This document shows, piece by piece, positions 22,511 through 32,843 of a stretch of DNA of 64,000 nt (positions are counted from its first letter, which is position 1; the number at the start of each line of letters is the position of its first letter). A model generated the notes under the pieces. The model saw only the letters and a list, made by a program, of their open reading frames with translations, had not been told where the DNA came from and made no database searches. The translations under genes and the position numbers were made by a program. Location of the stretch: the NCBI RefSeq assembly GCF_035435805.1, contig NZ_DAOMVC010000001.1, one strand, 5' to 3'. Source of the stretch: Propioniciclava sp. (GTDB lineage Bacteria; Actinomycetota; Actinomycetes; Propionibacteriales; Propionibacteriaceae).

Positions 22511-23536
22511 ATGAAGGCACTGCAGTACGCGTCCTTCGGTGGCGCGATCGAGATCGTCGAACGTGGGCTGCCGCGTCCCGGCCCGGGGGAGGCCGTCGTG
22601 GCCGTCGCCGCGTCCGGGCTGTGTCGCAGCGACTGGCACGCGTGGGCGGGCCACGACGCCGGCGTCCACCTGCCTCAGGTGCCCGGGCACGAATGCGCGG
22701 GCGTCGTCGCCGAGGTGGGTGCCGGGGTGGCGCGATGGCAGCCGGGTGACCGGGTCACCGCGCCGTTCGTCAACGGCTGCGGGGTCTGCCCGTGGTGCCG
22801 CTCGGGGCAGGCGCAGGTCTGCCCCGATCAGACACAGCCCGGGTTCACCGACCCCGGCACGCACGCCGAGTTCGTTACCGTGCGCGCCGCCGACACCAAC
22901 CTGGTCGGGCTGCCGGATGGCCTGAGCTTCGACGCCGCCGCGAGTCTGGGCTGCCGGTTCGCGACCGCGCATCGTGCCCTGACGCGGCGGGCCGTGGTGG
23001 CCCCGGGGGAGTGGGTCGTGATCGTCGGGGCCGGCGGGGTGGGGCTGAGCGCCGTCATGATCGCCGCCGCACTGGGTGCCCGTCCCATCGCCGTCGACCG
23101 GAACCCGGCCGCCCTCGAACTGGCGACCCGGGTGGGGGCGGAGGCCGTGGTGACTGCCGGGCCCGCCGCGCTGACTCAGCTCATTGAGCTGACCGGCGGG
23201 GCTCACGTCTCCCTCGATGCCGTCGGATCCGCCGCGACCGCCGACCTAGCCGTGCGGAGCCTGCGCCGCCAGGGCCGTCACGTCCAGGTCGGTCTCGTGG
23301 CCGAGGACCCCGTGGTGCCGCTGTCGCGCGTGATCGGCTGGGAACTGTCCCTCCTGGGAAGCCACGGGATGCCCGCCGTCGACTACCCGGCGCTGTTCCG
23401 GCTCATCGAGCACGGTCTGGATCCTGCGATGCTGGTCTCCCGGACCGTGGGCCTCGCCGAAGCCGCCACGTTGATGCGGCAGCCGTCGGGGGAGGGCGAG
23501 GCGGGCATCGTCGTCCTGCACCCGAATCGGGCGTGA
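22511..23536 (+). CDS. Zinc-dependent alcohol dehydrogenase (MDR family)
   Basis: GLCRSDWH, PGHECAG, CGVCPWC...C, GAGGVG; start may be 22493. Confidence 0.9.
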   Translation: MKALQYASFGGAIEIVERGLPRPGPGEAVVAVAASGLCRSDWHAWAGHDAGVHLPQVPGHECAGVVAEVGAGVARWQPGDRVTAPFVNGCGVCPWCRSGQAQVCPDQTQPGFTDPGTHAEFVTVRAADTNLVGLPDGLSFDAAASLGCRFATAHRALTRRAVVAPGEWVVIVGAGGVGLSAVMIAAALGARPIAVDRNPAALELATRVGAEAVVTAGPAALTQLIELTGGAHVSLDAVGSAATADLAVRSLRRQGRHVQVGLVAEDPVVPLSRVIGWELSLLGSHGMPAVDYPALFRLIEHGLDPAMLVSRTVGLAEAATLMRQPSGEGEAGIVVLHPNRA

Positions 23537-23540
23537 CGGC

Positions 23541-24782
23541 TCACTGCAGGAGCTGGGTGAGCGCGTGGATGACGAGGCCCACCAAGGCACCCACGACGGT
23601 GCCGTTGATGCGGATGAACTGCAGGTCACGTCCGACGTACAACTCGATCCGGTTGGCGGCGTCCCGGCCGTCCCACTGCCGGATGGTGTGGCTGATGACC
23701 GAACTCAACTCGCGTCCATAGGTGGCGACCAGGTACCCGGCCGCGTCCGCGGCCAGTGCGTCGACGCGTGCCTGCTGGGCCTGGTCCTCGGTCAATGAGG
23801 CACCGAGCGACTCCACGGCGCTGACCACCCGAAGGCGCAGCGTCGAGTCGGGATCATCCAGGGAGTCGCTGAGGCTGACCCGCAGGTTCCGCCACAGAGA
23901 CAGCACCGTCTCACCGGCCTGGGGATGGGTGAGGAGCTTGACCTTCAGCCCCTCGGCACGGGCCTGCACGGCCTCGTCGGTGGTCAGGTCGGTCGCAATG
24001 CGCAGCAGCAACGCATCCAGGGCCTGCCGCGTCGGATGGTCGGGGTCGTCGCGGACGGCCGCCACCCAGTCCAGCGCCTGCCAGTAGAGCGCCGAGACGA
24101 CGCGCTGATTGACGAAGTGGGGGGACCAACGGGGGGCGCGGTCGTGCAGGACGGCCGTGAAGTAGGTCGGGTTCTTACCCAGCCAGGCGTGGAGTTCGCG
24201 CATGATGAGGTCGACCAGCCCGGTGTGGGCGTGGTCCTCGACGATCGCCTCCAGGAGCGCTCCGGTCATGGGCGCAGCCCGTTCCTGGGCCAGTCTCGGC
24301 AGGAGGACGTCGGTGGCCACCGCCAGCACGTCCTCGTCGTCGACCTTGTTCAGGGCCGTCTTGAGCAGCCGCACTGCCTCGACGACCAACCGCCGGGCGT
24401 GTGCCTCGTCTTGCAGCCACACTCCCAGTCGTCGGGCCAGGTGAGCGCTGGCCAGCCGTTCGCGCACCACCTTCTCGGTGAGGAAGTTGTCCGCGAAAAA
24501 GGATTGCAGCGACCCGGCCAGCTCATCCTTCTTGCGCGGGATGATCGCGGTGTGGGGGATCGGGACGCCGAGCGGATGCCGGAACAGGGCCGTGACCGCG
24601 AACCAGTCGGCCATCGCCCCGACCATGGCGGCCTCGGCGGCGGTGTTCACGTAGCCCCACACCCCCGTGTGATCCAGGCGCAGCGTGAGCAGATAGACGA
24701 CGGCCGCCAGGCCAAGGAGCGACAAGGCGACAGTCTTCATCCTGCGCAGCCGACTCAGGCGTTGGGCGTCCCCCGGTGACAT
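23541..24782 (-). CDS. DUF445-family membrane protein
   Basis: AEAAMVGAMADWFAVTALFRHP, VGRDLQFIRINGTVVG. Confidence 0.9.
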   Translation of the reverse strand: MSPGDAQRLSRLRRMKTVALSLLGLAAVVYLLTLRLDHTGVWGYVNTAAEAAMVGAMADWFAVTALFRHPLGVPIPHTAIIPRKKDELAGSLQSFFADNFLTEKVVRERLASAHLARRLGVWLQDEAHARRLVVEAVRLLKTALNKVDDEDVLAVATDVLLPRLAQERAAPMTGALLEAIVEDHAHTGLVDLIMRELHAWLGKNPTYFTAVLHDRAPRWSPHFVNQRVVSALYWQALDWVAAVRDDPDHPTRQALDALLLRIATDLTTDEAVQARAEGLKVKLLTHPQAGETVLSLWRNLRVSLSDSLDDPDSTLRLRVVSAVESLGASLTEDQAQQARVDALAADAAGYLVATYGRELSSVISHTIRQWDGRDAANRIELYVGRDLQFIRINGTVVGALVGLVIHALTQLLQ

Positions 24783-24937
24783 CGACGTGTTCCCCACCGT
24801 CGTAGTTTTCCATGGTGGTGTCGGGCTCCCAAGTGGGGGCCACCCCCGGCGCGTCCCCGGTCCCGGTCCGGGCGGTCGGCCGCGTCGACGGCTGGCGGCG
24901 TTATAGTTCGCTGGTCCGCCGACCGAAAGTAGGAGAC

Positions 24938-25579
24938 ATGACCGACGGCGACCGCCCCCCGGCCAGCAACGCCCCCGATTCCTCCGGGTACTCCAACCCC
25001 CTGATCTCCAGCGAGCCCCCGTTCCCGCACGTGCCCGGTCCCTACGAGGAGCAGTTGCTGTCGAACGCCTCGCAGTTGCCTTCCTACGAGGAGCCCTATC
25101 CCGCAACGGGAGGACAGCTCCCGCCCTATGACCAGCCGACGACGCCCGGCGAGCAGTCTCCCTACGGACAGCAGTCGTCCTATGGGCAGCAGTCGTCCTT
25201 CGGCCAGCAGTCGTCCTTCGGGCAGCCGGGCCCGGCATCGGGGCCCTATGGGGCGCCCGCGAATGGCGCCTACGCCTACCAGCCGCCGGGATATGGCCTG
25301 CCCGGCCAGGGGATGGCGCTGTCGGCTCCGTTCGGCGTCGACCCGGTCAGCGGGCTGCCGTACTCGGACAAGAGCAAGCTCGCCGCCGGGCTGCTCGGGA
25401 TCTTCCTCGGCTCGCTGGGGGTGGGCCGGTTCTACATGGGCAACATCGGGATGGGCATCGCCCAGATCGTCGTGACGTTCGTCACCTTCGGGATCGGGGC
25501 CCTGTGGGGCTTCATCGACGGGATCCTCATCCTGGCGGGGAACCCGCGCGACAGCCAGGGACGTCCCCTGCGTCCCTGA
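24938..25579 (+). CDS. TM2-domain membrane protein with Pro/Gln-rich N-terminus
   Basis: RBS AGGAG; SDKSKLAAGLLGIFLGSLGVGRFYMG. Confidence 0.88.
   Translation: MTDGDRPPASNAPDSSGYSNPLISSEPPFPHVPGPYEEQLLSNASQLPSYEEPYPATGGQLPPYDQPTTPGEQSPYGQQSSYGQQSSFGQQSSFGQPGPASGPYGAPANGAYAYQPPGYGLPGQGMALSAPFGVDPVSGLPYSDKSKLAAGLLGIFLGSLGVGRFYMGNIGMGIAQIVVTFVTFGIGALWGFIDGILILAGNPRDSQGRPLRP
25151..25222 (+). repeat. Four tandem 18-nt coding repeats, (E/Q)QS(S/P)(Y/F)G
   Basis: gagcagtctccctacgga/cagcagtcgtcctatggg/cagcagtcgtccttcggc/cagcagtcgtccttcggg. Confidence 0.85.
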
Positions 25580-25652
25580 CCGCCTGGGGCCCGCGTTCCA
25601 CGACAGCGCGGGCCGTTTGGGACGGCGCGAAGGTGATGGCACAGTTGCGGGC

Positions 25653-26432
25653 GTGTCAACGCTCGTGTTCGTGCATGCCCATCCCGACGATGAGGCCAGC
25701 CAGACGTCCGGAACCATCGCTCGCGCCGTCGCGCGAGGCGATCGCGTGGTGATCGTCTACGCCACCGACGGCAACCAGGGAACCCTGCCAGAGGGGGAGG
25801 CTGGGTCGCTGGCCGACCTGCGCCACCGGGAGGCGGAGGCGTCCGCGGCGATCACGGGCGCTCAGCGGCTGGTGTGGCTGCCCTACCACGACTCGGGCAT
25901 GCGGGGCTGGGAGTGCAACACCGCCGAGGGCGCCTTCATGCAGGCCGACGTCGACGCGGTCGCCCGGCAGATCGCCGACGTCCTCGACGCCGAGGAGGCC
26001 GACGCCGTCTTCGGTTACGACTGGCACGGCGGTTACGGGCACCCCGACCACGTTCAGGTCCACCGGGTCACCCGGCGGGCGGCCGATCTCGCGGCGCGTC
26101 CCCTGCGCTACCTCGAAACCACCATGAACCGTGACCGGATGCGGGCCTTCGCCGCGACGGCCGCGGCCGCCGGGTACGAGGAATGGGACGTGGACGCCCC
26201 CATGGACGACGGAAACCCGATCGGGACGCCCCAAGCTCACCTGCACTGGGCGGTCGACATCACCGACGAACTGCCCGTCAAGCGGGCCGCGCTGGCCGCC
26301 CATGCGAGCCAGCCCGATGCGGCCGGCATGTTGCAGATGCCGCCGGAGGCCTTCTCCGCGATGCTGGGCGTCGAGCACTACCGTGAGCCCGCCCGAGCGC
26401 CGGGCATGGTCGAGGGCTGGCCGTTCGCCTGA
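25653..26432 (+). CDS. PIG-L family deacetylase
   Basis: FVHAHPDDE, YHDSGM, GGYGHPDHVQVH, AHASQ. Confidence 0.88.
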   Translation: MSTLVFVHAHPDDEASQTSGTIARAVARGDRVVIVYATDGNQGTLPEGEAGSLADLRHREAEASAAITGAQRLVWLPYHDSGMRGWECNTAEGAFMQADVDAVARQIADVLDAEEADAVFGYDWHGGYGHPDHVQVHRVTRRAADLAARPLRYLETTMNRDRMRAFAATAAAAGYEEWDVDAPMDDGNPIGTPQAHLHWAVDITDELPVKRAALAAHASQPDAAGMLQMPPEAFSAMLGVEHYREPARAPGMVEGWPFA

Positions 26433-26447
26433 GCGGTCCGCCTGTGC

Positions 26448-27062
26448 TCAGGCGCTCAGCAGCCCCCGCCGGACGAGGTCCTCGCGCAGCCCCGCCGCCT
26501 GCGTGAAGTGATGCGTGGCGAAACCGACGCCGGCCGCCGCGTCCACGTTGGGGCGCGAGTCGTCCACGAACAGGGTCCGTTCCGGCGTGACGCCGAAGCG
26601 CGTGGCGGCCAGGAGGAAGATCGCCGGGTCGGGTTTGGCCAGGCCGACCTCCCCGGACACGATCACGTCGCGCAGCCTCCCGATCACCGGAGCCATGGCG
26701 CGGGGCACCGTGAAGTTCTCCGCCCACCAGTTCGACAACCCGTAGACGGGCACGCCGGCCGCGATCAGCTCGTCGATCACCTCGGTGGTGCCGGCCATCG
26801 GCGCGGGAACGCAGCGCGGAAAGTGGGTCACGTACGCGGCGAACGCGTCGCGGATCTCCGGCATGTCGGCGTCGATCCGGACGCTCATCTCGGCGATGCC
26901 CAGCCCGGCGTCGGCCTCCGCGTTGAGCGCCCAGAACCCGGCATGGGCCAGGAAGGCTTCGATAGCGTCCTCGCTGATCTCACCGACCAGCGGGAGCCGG
27001 GGATCCCACTCCACGATCACCTGGGCGACGTCGAAGACGACGGCCTCCACCACACCGGTCAC
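26448..27062 (-). CDS. HAD-family hydrolase
   Basis: VVFDVAQV, GLSNW, VSGEVGLAKPDPAIF, FVDDSRPNV; GTGA overlap with nadE stop. Confidence 0.85.
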   Translation of the reverse strand: MTGVVEAVVFDVAQVIVEWDPRLPLVGEISEDAIEAFLAHAGFWALNAEADAGLGIAEMSVRIDADMPEIRDAFAAYVTHFPRCVPAPMAGTTEVIDELIAAGVPVYGLSNWWAENFTVPRAMAPVIGRLRDVIVSGEVGLAKPDPAIFLLAATRFGVTPERTLFVDDSRPNVDAAAGVGFATHHFTQAAGLREDLVRRGLLSA

Positions 27063-29095
27063 GGGACGTTCCTTTCCAGTTCGTCGAGCCATAGCCGGGC
27101 CGAAGTGTCCGACGGCATCCGCCAATCCCCGCGCGGGGACAGCGACCCGCCGCGCACCACCTTGGGGCCGTTGGGCAGGGCGGAGCGCTTGAACTGCGCG
27201 AACCCGAAGAACCGCGAACAGAACACGGCCAGCCATTTCTTGATGGTGGCCAGGTCGTAGGCCACCTGCTCCTCCTGCGGGAACCCGGCGGGCCAGGCGC
27301 CCGCGGCGGCGTCGGACCACGCGTGGTGCGCGAGGAAGGCGATCGTCGAGGGCCTCATGCCGTGGCGCAGCACGTAGTAGAGCGTGAAGTCCTGCAGGTT
27401 GTAGGGCCCGATCGAGTCCTGGGTCGACTGCGGCTTGGCCCCCGCCACGGTCGGCACCAGCTCGGGGGTGATCTCGGTGTTGAGGATCGAGGTCAGCACG
27501 GCGTCGGCGCGATCGCCGAACAGGTCCGAGGCGATCACCCAGCGGATCAGATGCTGCATGAGGGTCTTGGGGACGCCTCCGTTGACGTTGTAGTGGCTCA
27601 TCTGGTCGCCCACCCCATAGGTGCACCACCCCAGCGCCAGCTCGGACAGGTCCCCGGTGCCCAGCACGATGCCGCCGCGCTGATTGGCGATCCGGAACAG
27701 GAAGTCGGTGCGCATGCCCGCTTGGACGTTCTCGAACGTGACGTCGTAGACGGGCTCCCCCTCGGCGAAAGGGTGCCCGATCTCCTGCAGCAAGGCGCGG
27801 CAGGCGCCGGTGATGTCGAGGGTCTCGAAGCTGACCCCGAGGGCCTCAGCGAGCTCGGTGGCGTTGTTGCGGGTGTGGTCGGTGGTGGCGAAGCCAGGCA
27901 TCGTGAACGCGAGCACATCGGTGCGCGGGCGCCCCAGCCGGTCCATCGCCTGAGCGGCCACCAGCAAGGCGTGGGTGGAATCCAGCCCGCCCGAGACGCC
28001 GATGACGACCTTGGGCTGCCCGATGGCCTTGAGCCGTTGCTCCAGCCCGGCCACCTGGATGCTGTACGCCTCGTAGCAGTCCTGGGCCAGCCGGTCGGGG
28101 TCGGCGGGCACGAACGGGAACCGCGCCACCGGACGCCGCAGCCCCAGGTCGCCTGCGGGGGGCAGCAGCGCGAACTCGACGGTGCGGTAGGCCGCGGTGC
28201 GTTCACCGTGGACGCGCCGGTTGTCGTCAAAGGTGCCCTGGCGCAGCCGCTCCTGGACGAGGGTGCCCAGGTCGACATCGGTGACCGAGGCGCGCGCGCC
28301 GCTGGGGAACCGCTCCGAGGAGGCGAGCAACGTCCCGTTCTCGTACACCATCGTCTGGCCGTCCCACGCCAGGTCGGTGCTGGATTCGCCCTCCCCGCCC
28401 GCGGAGTACAGGTAGGCCGCCAGGTAGCGGGCCGAGCTGGAGGCGCACAGCAGATGCCGGTCGACCGACTTGGCCACGGTGATAGGAGAGCCGGAGATGT
28501 TCGCGATCACCGTCGCGCCGGCGAGGGCGGCCTCGGCGGCGGGCGGCACGGGAACCCACATGTCCTCGCAGATCTCCACGGCCAGGACGAAGCCGGGCAG
28601 GTCGAGGGCGGAGAACAGTAGGTCGGCGCCGAACGGGGCGTCCTGCCCGGCGACCGCGATCTCCCCGGTCACGTCGTCGCCGGAGGCCAGGGTCCGGGCC
28701 TCGTAGAACTCGCGGTAGGTGGGCAGGTACACCTTGGGGACCACGCCGAGCACCTGGCCCCGGTGGATGACCACCGCGCAGTTGTAGATCCGGTTGAGGC
28801 TGCGCAACGGGGCGCCGACGACCAGCACCGGCCCGAGATCGACCGACGCCGCCACGAGGTCGGCCAGCGCCGACTGCACGCCGTCCAGCACGGTGTCTTG
28901 GAGCACGAGATCGTCGATCGAGTAGCCGACCATGCACATCTCCGGGAACACGACCAGGCGCGCGCCCTCCTCGTCCAGCCTCGTGGCCTCGGCGAGCACC
29001 GCCGCGGCGTTGGCGGCCGGCTCCACGAGCGTCAGGGGGAACGTCGCCGCGGCGACGCGCACGAAGCCGTGATCGTAGAGGTTGTGGAAGTCCAT
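27059..29095 (-). CDS. nadE: Glutamine-dependent NAD(+) synthetase
   Basis: Nitrilase domain (FPE, PKVYLPTYREFYE, EICEDMW) plus GVSGGLDST, FENVQAG, QFKRSALPNGPK. Confidence 0.96.
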   Translation of the reverse strand: MDFHNLYDHGFVRVAAATFPLTLVEPAANAAAVLAEATRLDEEGARLVVFPEMCMVGYSIDDLVLQDTVLDGVQSALADLVAASVDLGPVLVVGAPLRSLNRIYNCAVVIHRGQVLGVVPKVYLPTYREFYEARTLASGDDVTGEIAVAGQDAPFGADLLFSALDLPGFVLAVEICEDMWVPVPPAAEAALAGATVIANISGSPITVAKSVDRHLLCASSSARYLAAYLYSAGGEGESSTDLAWDGQTMVYENGTLLASSERFPSGARASVTDVDLGTLVQERLRQGTFDDNRRVHGERTAAYRTVEFALLPPAGDLGLRRPVARFPFVPADPDRLAQDCYEAYSIQVAGLEQRLKAIGQPKVVIGVSGGLDSTHALLVAAQAMDRLGRPRTDVLAFTMPGFATTDHTRNNATELAEALGVSFETLDITGACRALLQEIGHPFAEGEPVYDVTFENVQAGMRTDFLFRIANQRGGIVLGTGDLSELALGWCTYGVGDQMSHYNVNGGVPKTLMQHLIRWVIASDLFGDRADAVLTSILNTEITPELVPTVAGAKPQSTQDSIGPYNLQDFTLYYVLRHGMRPSTIAFLAHHAWSDAAAGAWPAGFPQEEQVAYDLATIKKWLAVFCSRFFGFAQFKRSALPNGPKVVRGGSLSPRGDWRMPSDTSARLWLDELERNVP

Positions 29096-29161
29096 GGGTT
29101 CAGCATGGCATGGTGCCTGAGAGTGCCCGAACCGGGCCCGCCACCGGGAGAGGACGTCCGC

Positions 29162-29803
29162 ATGCAGACCTGTGAGGTGCCGACCGATCAGGGCCTGGGA
29201 CGGCTGAGCTGGGACGGACCGCAGCGGCCGGTCGGCGTCCTCCTCCTGGGCGGGGGAGCCTCCGGGCAGATCCACGCCACCGATCTGGACGCGCTGGGCG
29301 CCGGTCTCCCCGGCCACGGCTGGGCGGTCGCCCGGTTCGAGTTCGCGTGGCGCCTGGCCGGGCGCAGCATCGGCCCGCGGCCCCCGGCGTCGGATGCCGC
29401 GTGGCTGGCCGCCACCGCCGTGGTGCGGGAGCGCTGGCCGGGGGTGCCGCTGGTCACGGGGGGCCGCAGCGCAGGCGCCCGGATCGCCTGCCGTACCGCG
29501 GATGCCGACCTGGCCGGGGTGCTGGCTCTCAGCTTCCCGCTGCACCCACCGGGCAAGCCCGCGACGTCGCGGGTGGGTGAACTCGCCGGGGTGCCGGTGC
29601 CGGTGGCGCTCATCAGCGGAGCGCGCGACCCGTTCGGCACCCCGGATGAACTCTGGGAGGCGCTCACGACACCTCAGCGAGGCGCACGGACGCTGACCGT
29701 GGTGCCCGGCGCCACGCATTCCTTTCCTGCGCGGACCGCAGTCGCCGTCCTCGCCGCGACGCTGGCCTTCCTCGGGGACGTCGTCGGCCCGCGGCAGCCG
29801 TAG
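29162..29803 (+). CDS. Alpha/beta hydrolase (KANL3/Tex30-like)
   Basis: GGRSAGARIAC, LSFPLHPPGKP, GARDPFG, GATHSF. Confidence 0.82.
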   Translation: MQTCEVPTDQGLGRLSWDGPQRPVGVLLLGGGASGQIHATDLDALGAGLPGHGWAVARFEFAWRLAGRSIGPRPPASDAAWLAATAVVRERWPGVPLVTGGRSAGARIACRTADADLAGVLALSFPLHPPGKPATSRVGELAGVPVPVALISGARDPFGTPDELWEALTTPQRGARTLTVVPGATHSFPARTAVAVLAATLAFLGDVVGPRQP

Positions 29804-29832
29804 CGTCCGCGGGCCGAATCGAGGACGCCGGA

Positions 29833-31251
29833 TCAGTCGTTGCGGCGGACCTGCTGGCGCACCGCGCGCCGCCGCAGCGGACGCGTGGCCTCGGCGGCGA
29901 GCAGGGTCAACACCACCGCCGCGACGACCGTCGCCAGCAGGATCACGCCGCTGGAGCCTCCCCAGGTGAACAGGTCGGGCTTGGTGGTCAGGGCGGGCAA
30001 TCCCACCAGGACCCCGAGCCCCAGCGACACCAGCAGCGTCGCCAGGAGCGGCATGAGCACCTGGTGGCGCCGGGCGGCGGCGTCCACCCCCGGCTCGACC
30101 CCCATGCGGTCCAGGGCGACCAGTTCGTCGCTGCGGTCCACCACATCGGAGGCTTGAGCCAGCGCCGTCGAGGTGGCGCCCACGATGAGCGCGATGACCA
30201 GCGTGAGCAGAGCCCCGTTACGGATGTCCAGCATCACCATGGCGTTGACCTCGCTCATCCCTTGGAACTGGCTGCCGTCGGTGGGGACCACCGCCACCGC
30301 CCCGGCGATGACCCCGATCAGGGCGATGGAGGAGACGTTGCGCCAGGCCGATCGAGGGTCGGCGATGATGCGCCGCATCGCCATCAGGCGGGCCGGGTTG
30401 CCGGTGACGACGTTCAGCCGGGCGATGGTCTGGAGCAGCCAGGGGGCGAACAGGTTGAGCAGGCCCACGCCGATCGCGACCACGCCGAAAAGGATCGCGC
30501 CGAGGACCATGGCGCTCACCGGGATCCGCATGACGGCGGTCAGCAGCCCGACGACCGCGACGGCGGCCACGAGGGCGAGCACCCGCTTCGCCGACAGCGC
30601 GGGGGCGGCCGTCTGCCGGGCCACGCCGAGGGGGGAGATGCTGACCCGGGTCAGCCCGAGGGCGGTCGAGACGGCGGCCAGCGTCAGCAGGACGACGACC
30701 ACGGCGAGCCACAGCCACCATGGCATGAGGAGTTCGGCGATGCCGAGGTGCTGGTTCTGGAAGGACAGCAGCATCAGCAGCGGCAACGTCGCGGCCCAGG
30801 CCACGGCACCGAGCACGATCCCGGCCAGCGCCTGCACCAGGCTCTCCACCACCGACATGCCGACGATCTCACCGCTCGTCATCCCGATCAGGCGCAGCGA
30901 CGCGAGCCGGCGGGCCCGGCCCCGGGCCCCGAGGCGGGCCGCGGCACCTCCCAGGGTGAGGATCGGAACGATCAGCAGGGCGCAGGCCACCAGCGCCAAG
31001 ACGACGTAGGTGGAGCCGAACAGCTCCGCGAACGACGGCGAGCCGGGATCCCCGGACTGCTGGGCGGCCAACCAGGCGGAGGGAACCTCCAGGCGGCGGA
31101 AGAACATCCAGGTCCCGGAGGCGACGACGAAGGCCAGCCAGGCGGCCACTCCGTAGGCGACCAGGGCGAAGGCGTCCAGGGCGCCGGTCCCCTTCGGGTC
31201 GCGGAGCCGGGCGGTGGCGAGTTGCGTGGACAAAGCCAGCGTGTTGGCCAT
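29833..31251 (-). CDS. ABC transporter permease (FtsX/MacB-like)
   Basis: About 10 TM helices, RARRLASLRLIG; 3 nt from the ATPase gene. Confidence 0.82.
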   Translation of the reverse strand: MANTLALSTQLATARLRDPKGTGALDAFALVAYGVAAWLAFVVASGTWMFFRRLEVPSAWLAAQQSGDPGSPSFAELFGSTYVVLALVACALLIVPILTLGGAAARLGARGRARRLASLRLIGMTSGEIVGMSVVESLVQALAGIVLGAVAWAATLPLLMLLSFQNQHLGIAELLMPWWLWLAVVVVLLTLAAVSTALGLTRVSISPLGVARQTAAPALSAKRVLALVAAVAVVGLLTAVMRIPVSAMVLGAILFGVVAIGVGLLNLFAPWLLQTIARLNVVTGNPARLMAMRRIIADPRSAWRNVSSIALIGVIAGAVAVVPTDGSQFQGMSEVNAMVMLDIRNGALLTLVIALIVGATSTALAQASDVVDRSDELVALDRMGVEPGVDAAARRHQVLMPLLATLLVSLGLGVLVGLPALTTKPDLFTWGGSSGVILLATVVAAVVLTLLAAEATRPLRRRAVRQQVRRND

Positions 31252-31254
31252 GAC

Positions 31255-31959
31255 TCAGGCCTCCTGGCGGGTGTCGGAGTGGACCAGGGCGTCGCGGATC
31301 TCGATGAGCCGTCCGCACCAGCGGGCCACATGGACGTCGTGGGTCACCACGACCAGCGTGGAGCCTGCCGAGCGGGCCGTCGTCGTGAGCACCTGCATGA
31401 CCTCGTGGCCGGTGGCCTGGTCGAGTGCGCCGGTCGGCTCGTCAGCGAAGATCACCGCCGGATCGTGCACGAGGGCTCGGGCGATCGCGACCCGCTGCGC
31501 CTGCCCGCCGGACAACTCTCCGGGACGTCGCGCCACCATGGACTCCAGCCCGAGCCGGGCCAGCCATTCGTCGGCACGACGTAGCGCCTCGCCTCGCGTC
31601 ACCCCGGCGAGCAGCAGAGGAAGCGCCACATTCTCCCGGGCGGGAAGCTCGCCGATGAGCTGGCCGTCCTGGAAGACGAACCCGAACCGATCACGGCGCA
31701 GCCGGGACCGCTCGGCGTCGGAGAGCTGCGAGACGGGAAGGTGGCCCAAGGTCACCTCGCCTTCGTCGGGGGGAAGGATCCCTGACAGGCAGTGCAGCAG
31801 CGTCGACTTGCCGGAGCCGGACGGTCCCATGATGGCGACGCTCTCGCCGGGCTGCAGGTCGAGGGTGACGCCGCCGAGCGCGACGACGGGGCCGTACCGC
31901 TTGACGAGGTTGCGGGCGCTCAGGGTGCCGGTGGTCGACGTGACGCTGGTCGTGTTCAT
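31255..31959 (-). CDS. ABC transporter ATP-binding protein (LolD/MacB-like)
   Basis: GPSGSGKST, LSGGQAQRVAIARAL, IFADEPTGALD, VTHD. Confidence 0.93.
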   Translation of the reverse strand: MNTTSVTSTTGTLSARNLVKRYGPVVALGGVTLDLQPGESVAIMGPSGSGKSTLLHCLSGILPPDEGEVTLGHLPVSQLSDAERSRLRRDRFGFVFQDGQLIGELPARENVALPLLLAGVTRGEALRRADEWLARLGLESMVARRPGELSGGQAQRVAIARALVHDPAVIFADEPTGALDQATGHEVMQVLTTTARSAGSTLVVVTHDVHVARWCGRLIEIRDALVHSDTRQEA

Positions 31960-31996
31960 GTCCTCCACCCTGCCCGGGGCCAGCCCGATCGGCCAT

Positions 31997-32052
31997 GGGG
32001 CTGGTGCCCCAACCGGGGTGGTGCCAGCTCCACCCTCGGGGGTGGGGCCAGC
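31997..32052. promoter_or_regulatory. Putative response-regulator operator array between divergent ABC and two-component genes
   Basis: Direct repeat GGGGTGG(T/G)GCCAGC at 32015-32028 and 32039-32052; imperfect palindromes at 32016-32035 and 31997-32010. Confidence 0.55.
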
Positions 32053-32069
32053 GGCGGTGCGCTGGCAAG

Positions 32070-32843
32070 ATGGGCCTCGTGTTCTCTCGCAAGCAGGCCG
32101 CTGGTGCCGACGGGGCCGGCTACGCCCAGGCGGTGGAGCAGCTCACCGCCTCGCGCCGCACGATCGTGGAGGCCTTCGAGATCGAACGGGCCCGCATCGA
32201 GCGGGACCTGCACGACGGCGCCCAGCAGTACATCGTCGCCGCGTCCATGAAGGTCGGGGAGGCCCTGATGATGCTGGACGCACTGCGGGCGGCGGGCGAC
32301 TCCCCGCAGCTCGCCGCGGTGGAGGGGCTACTGGTCGAGGCCCAGCGCGACACCTCCGGCGCCCTGCGGACGCTGCGCGAGACGGTGGCGGGCGTCCATT
32401 CACGCACCCTCGCCGAGCGGGGACTGGAAGCCGCGGTGCGCGAGCTGGGGGAACGGCTGTCCGCACCGGGAGATCCGGTCGAGGTCCGCGTCCCGTTCCC
32501 GCTTCCGCCCCTGCCCGGCGGGGTGTTGAGCAGCGCCTGGTACTTCGCATCCGAGGCCTTGACGAATGCGGCCAAGCATGCGCCGGGGGCGCACGTCAGC
32601 ATCCTCGTCGTGGCGGACACCGCCCTGCACGTCAGCGTCGTCGACGACGGTCCGGGCGGGGCGGTGCTGACCGGCGGGCACGGGTTGTCCGGCATTCGGG
32701 AGCGGCTGCGTACCTTCGGGGGCGATCTCACGCTCACCAGCCCGTCCGGGGGGCCGACGACCGTGGTGGCGCGCATTCCGTTGCTGCTGCGTCACGGAGA
32801 GTCGGGCGTCCCGCCGCGGACGCCGGGGAGGATCGAGGGGTGA
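32070..32843 (+). CDS. HisKA_3 histidine kinase lacking TM/sensor domain
   Basis: ERARIERDLHDGAQQ about 40 aa from start; EALTNAAKHA, DDGPGGA, GHGLSGIRER. Confidence 0.88.
   Translation: MGLVFSRKQAAGADGAGYAQAVEQLTASRRTIVEAFEIERARIERDLHDGAQQYIVAASMKVGEALMMLDALRAAGDSPQLAAVEGLLVEAQRDTSGALRTLRETVAGVHSRTLAERGLEAAVRELGERLSAPGDPVEVRVPFPLPPLPGGVLSSAWYFASEALTNAAKHAPGAHVSILVVADTALHVSVVDDGPGGAVLTGGHGLSGIRERLRTFGGDLTLTSPSGGPTTVVARIPLLLRHGESGVPPRTPGRIEG

Noticed and set aside
25151..25222. Repeats as a CRISPR array (also 58118-58164)
   Set aside because: Tandem units without spacers; the first set is in-frame coding; no cas genes.
23541..25238. Extended N-termini in the ORF track (DUF445; also nadE, GH3, HAD, D-2-hydroxyacid dehydrogenase)
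   Set aside because: The extensions overlap neighbouring genes and lack family similarity; downstream starts fit better.
25653..26432. Calling the PIG-L protein mshB or mca
   Set aside because: Family motifs are present but orthology cannot be established by eye.
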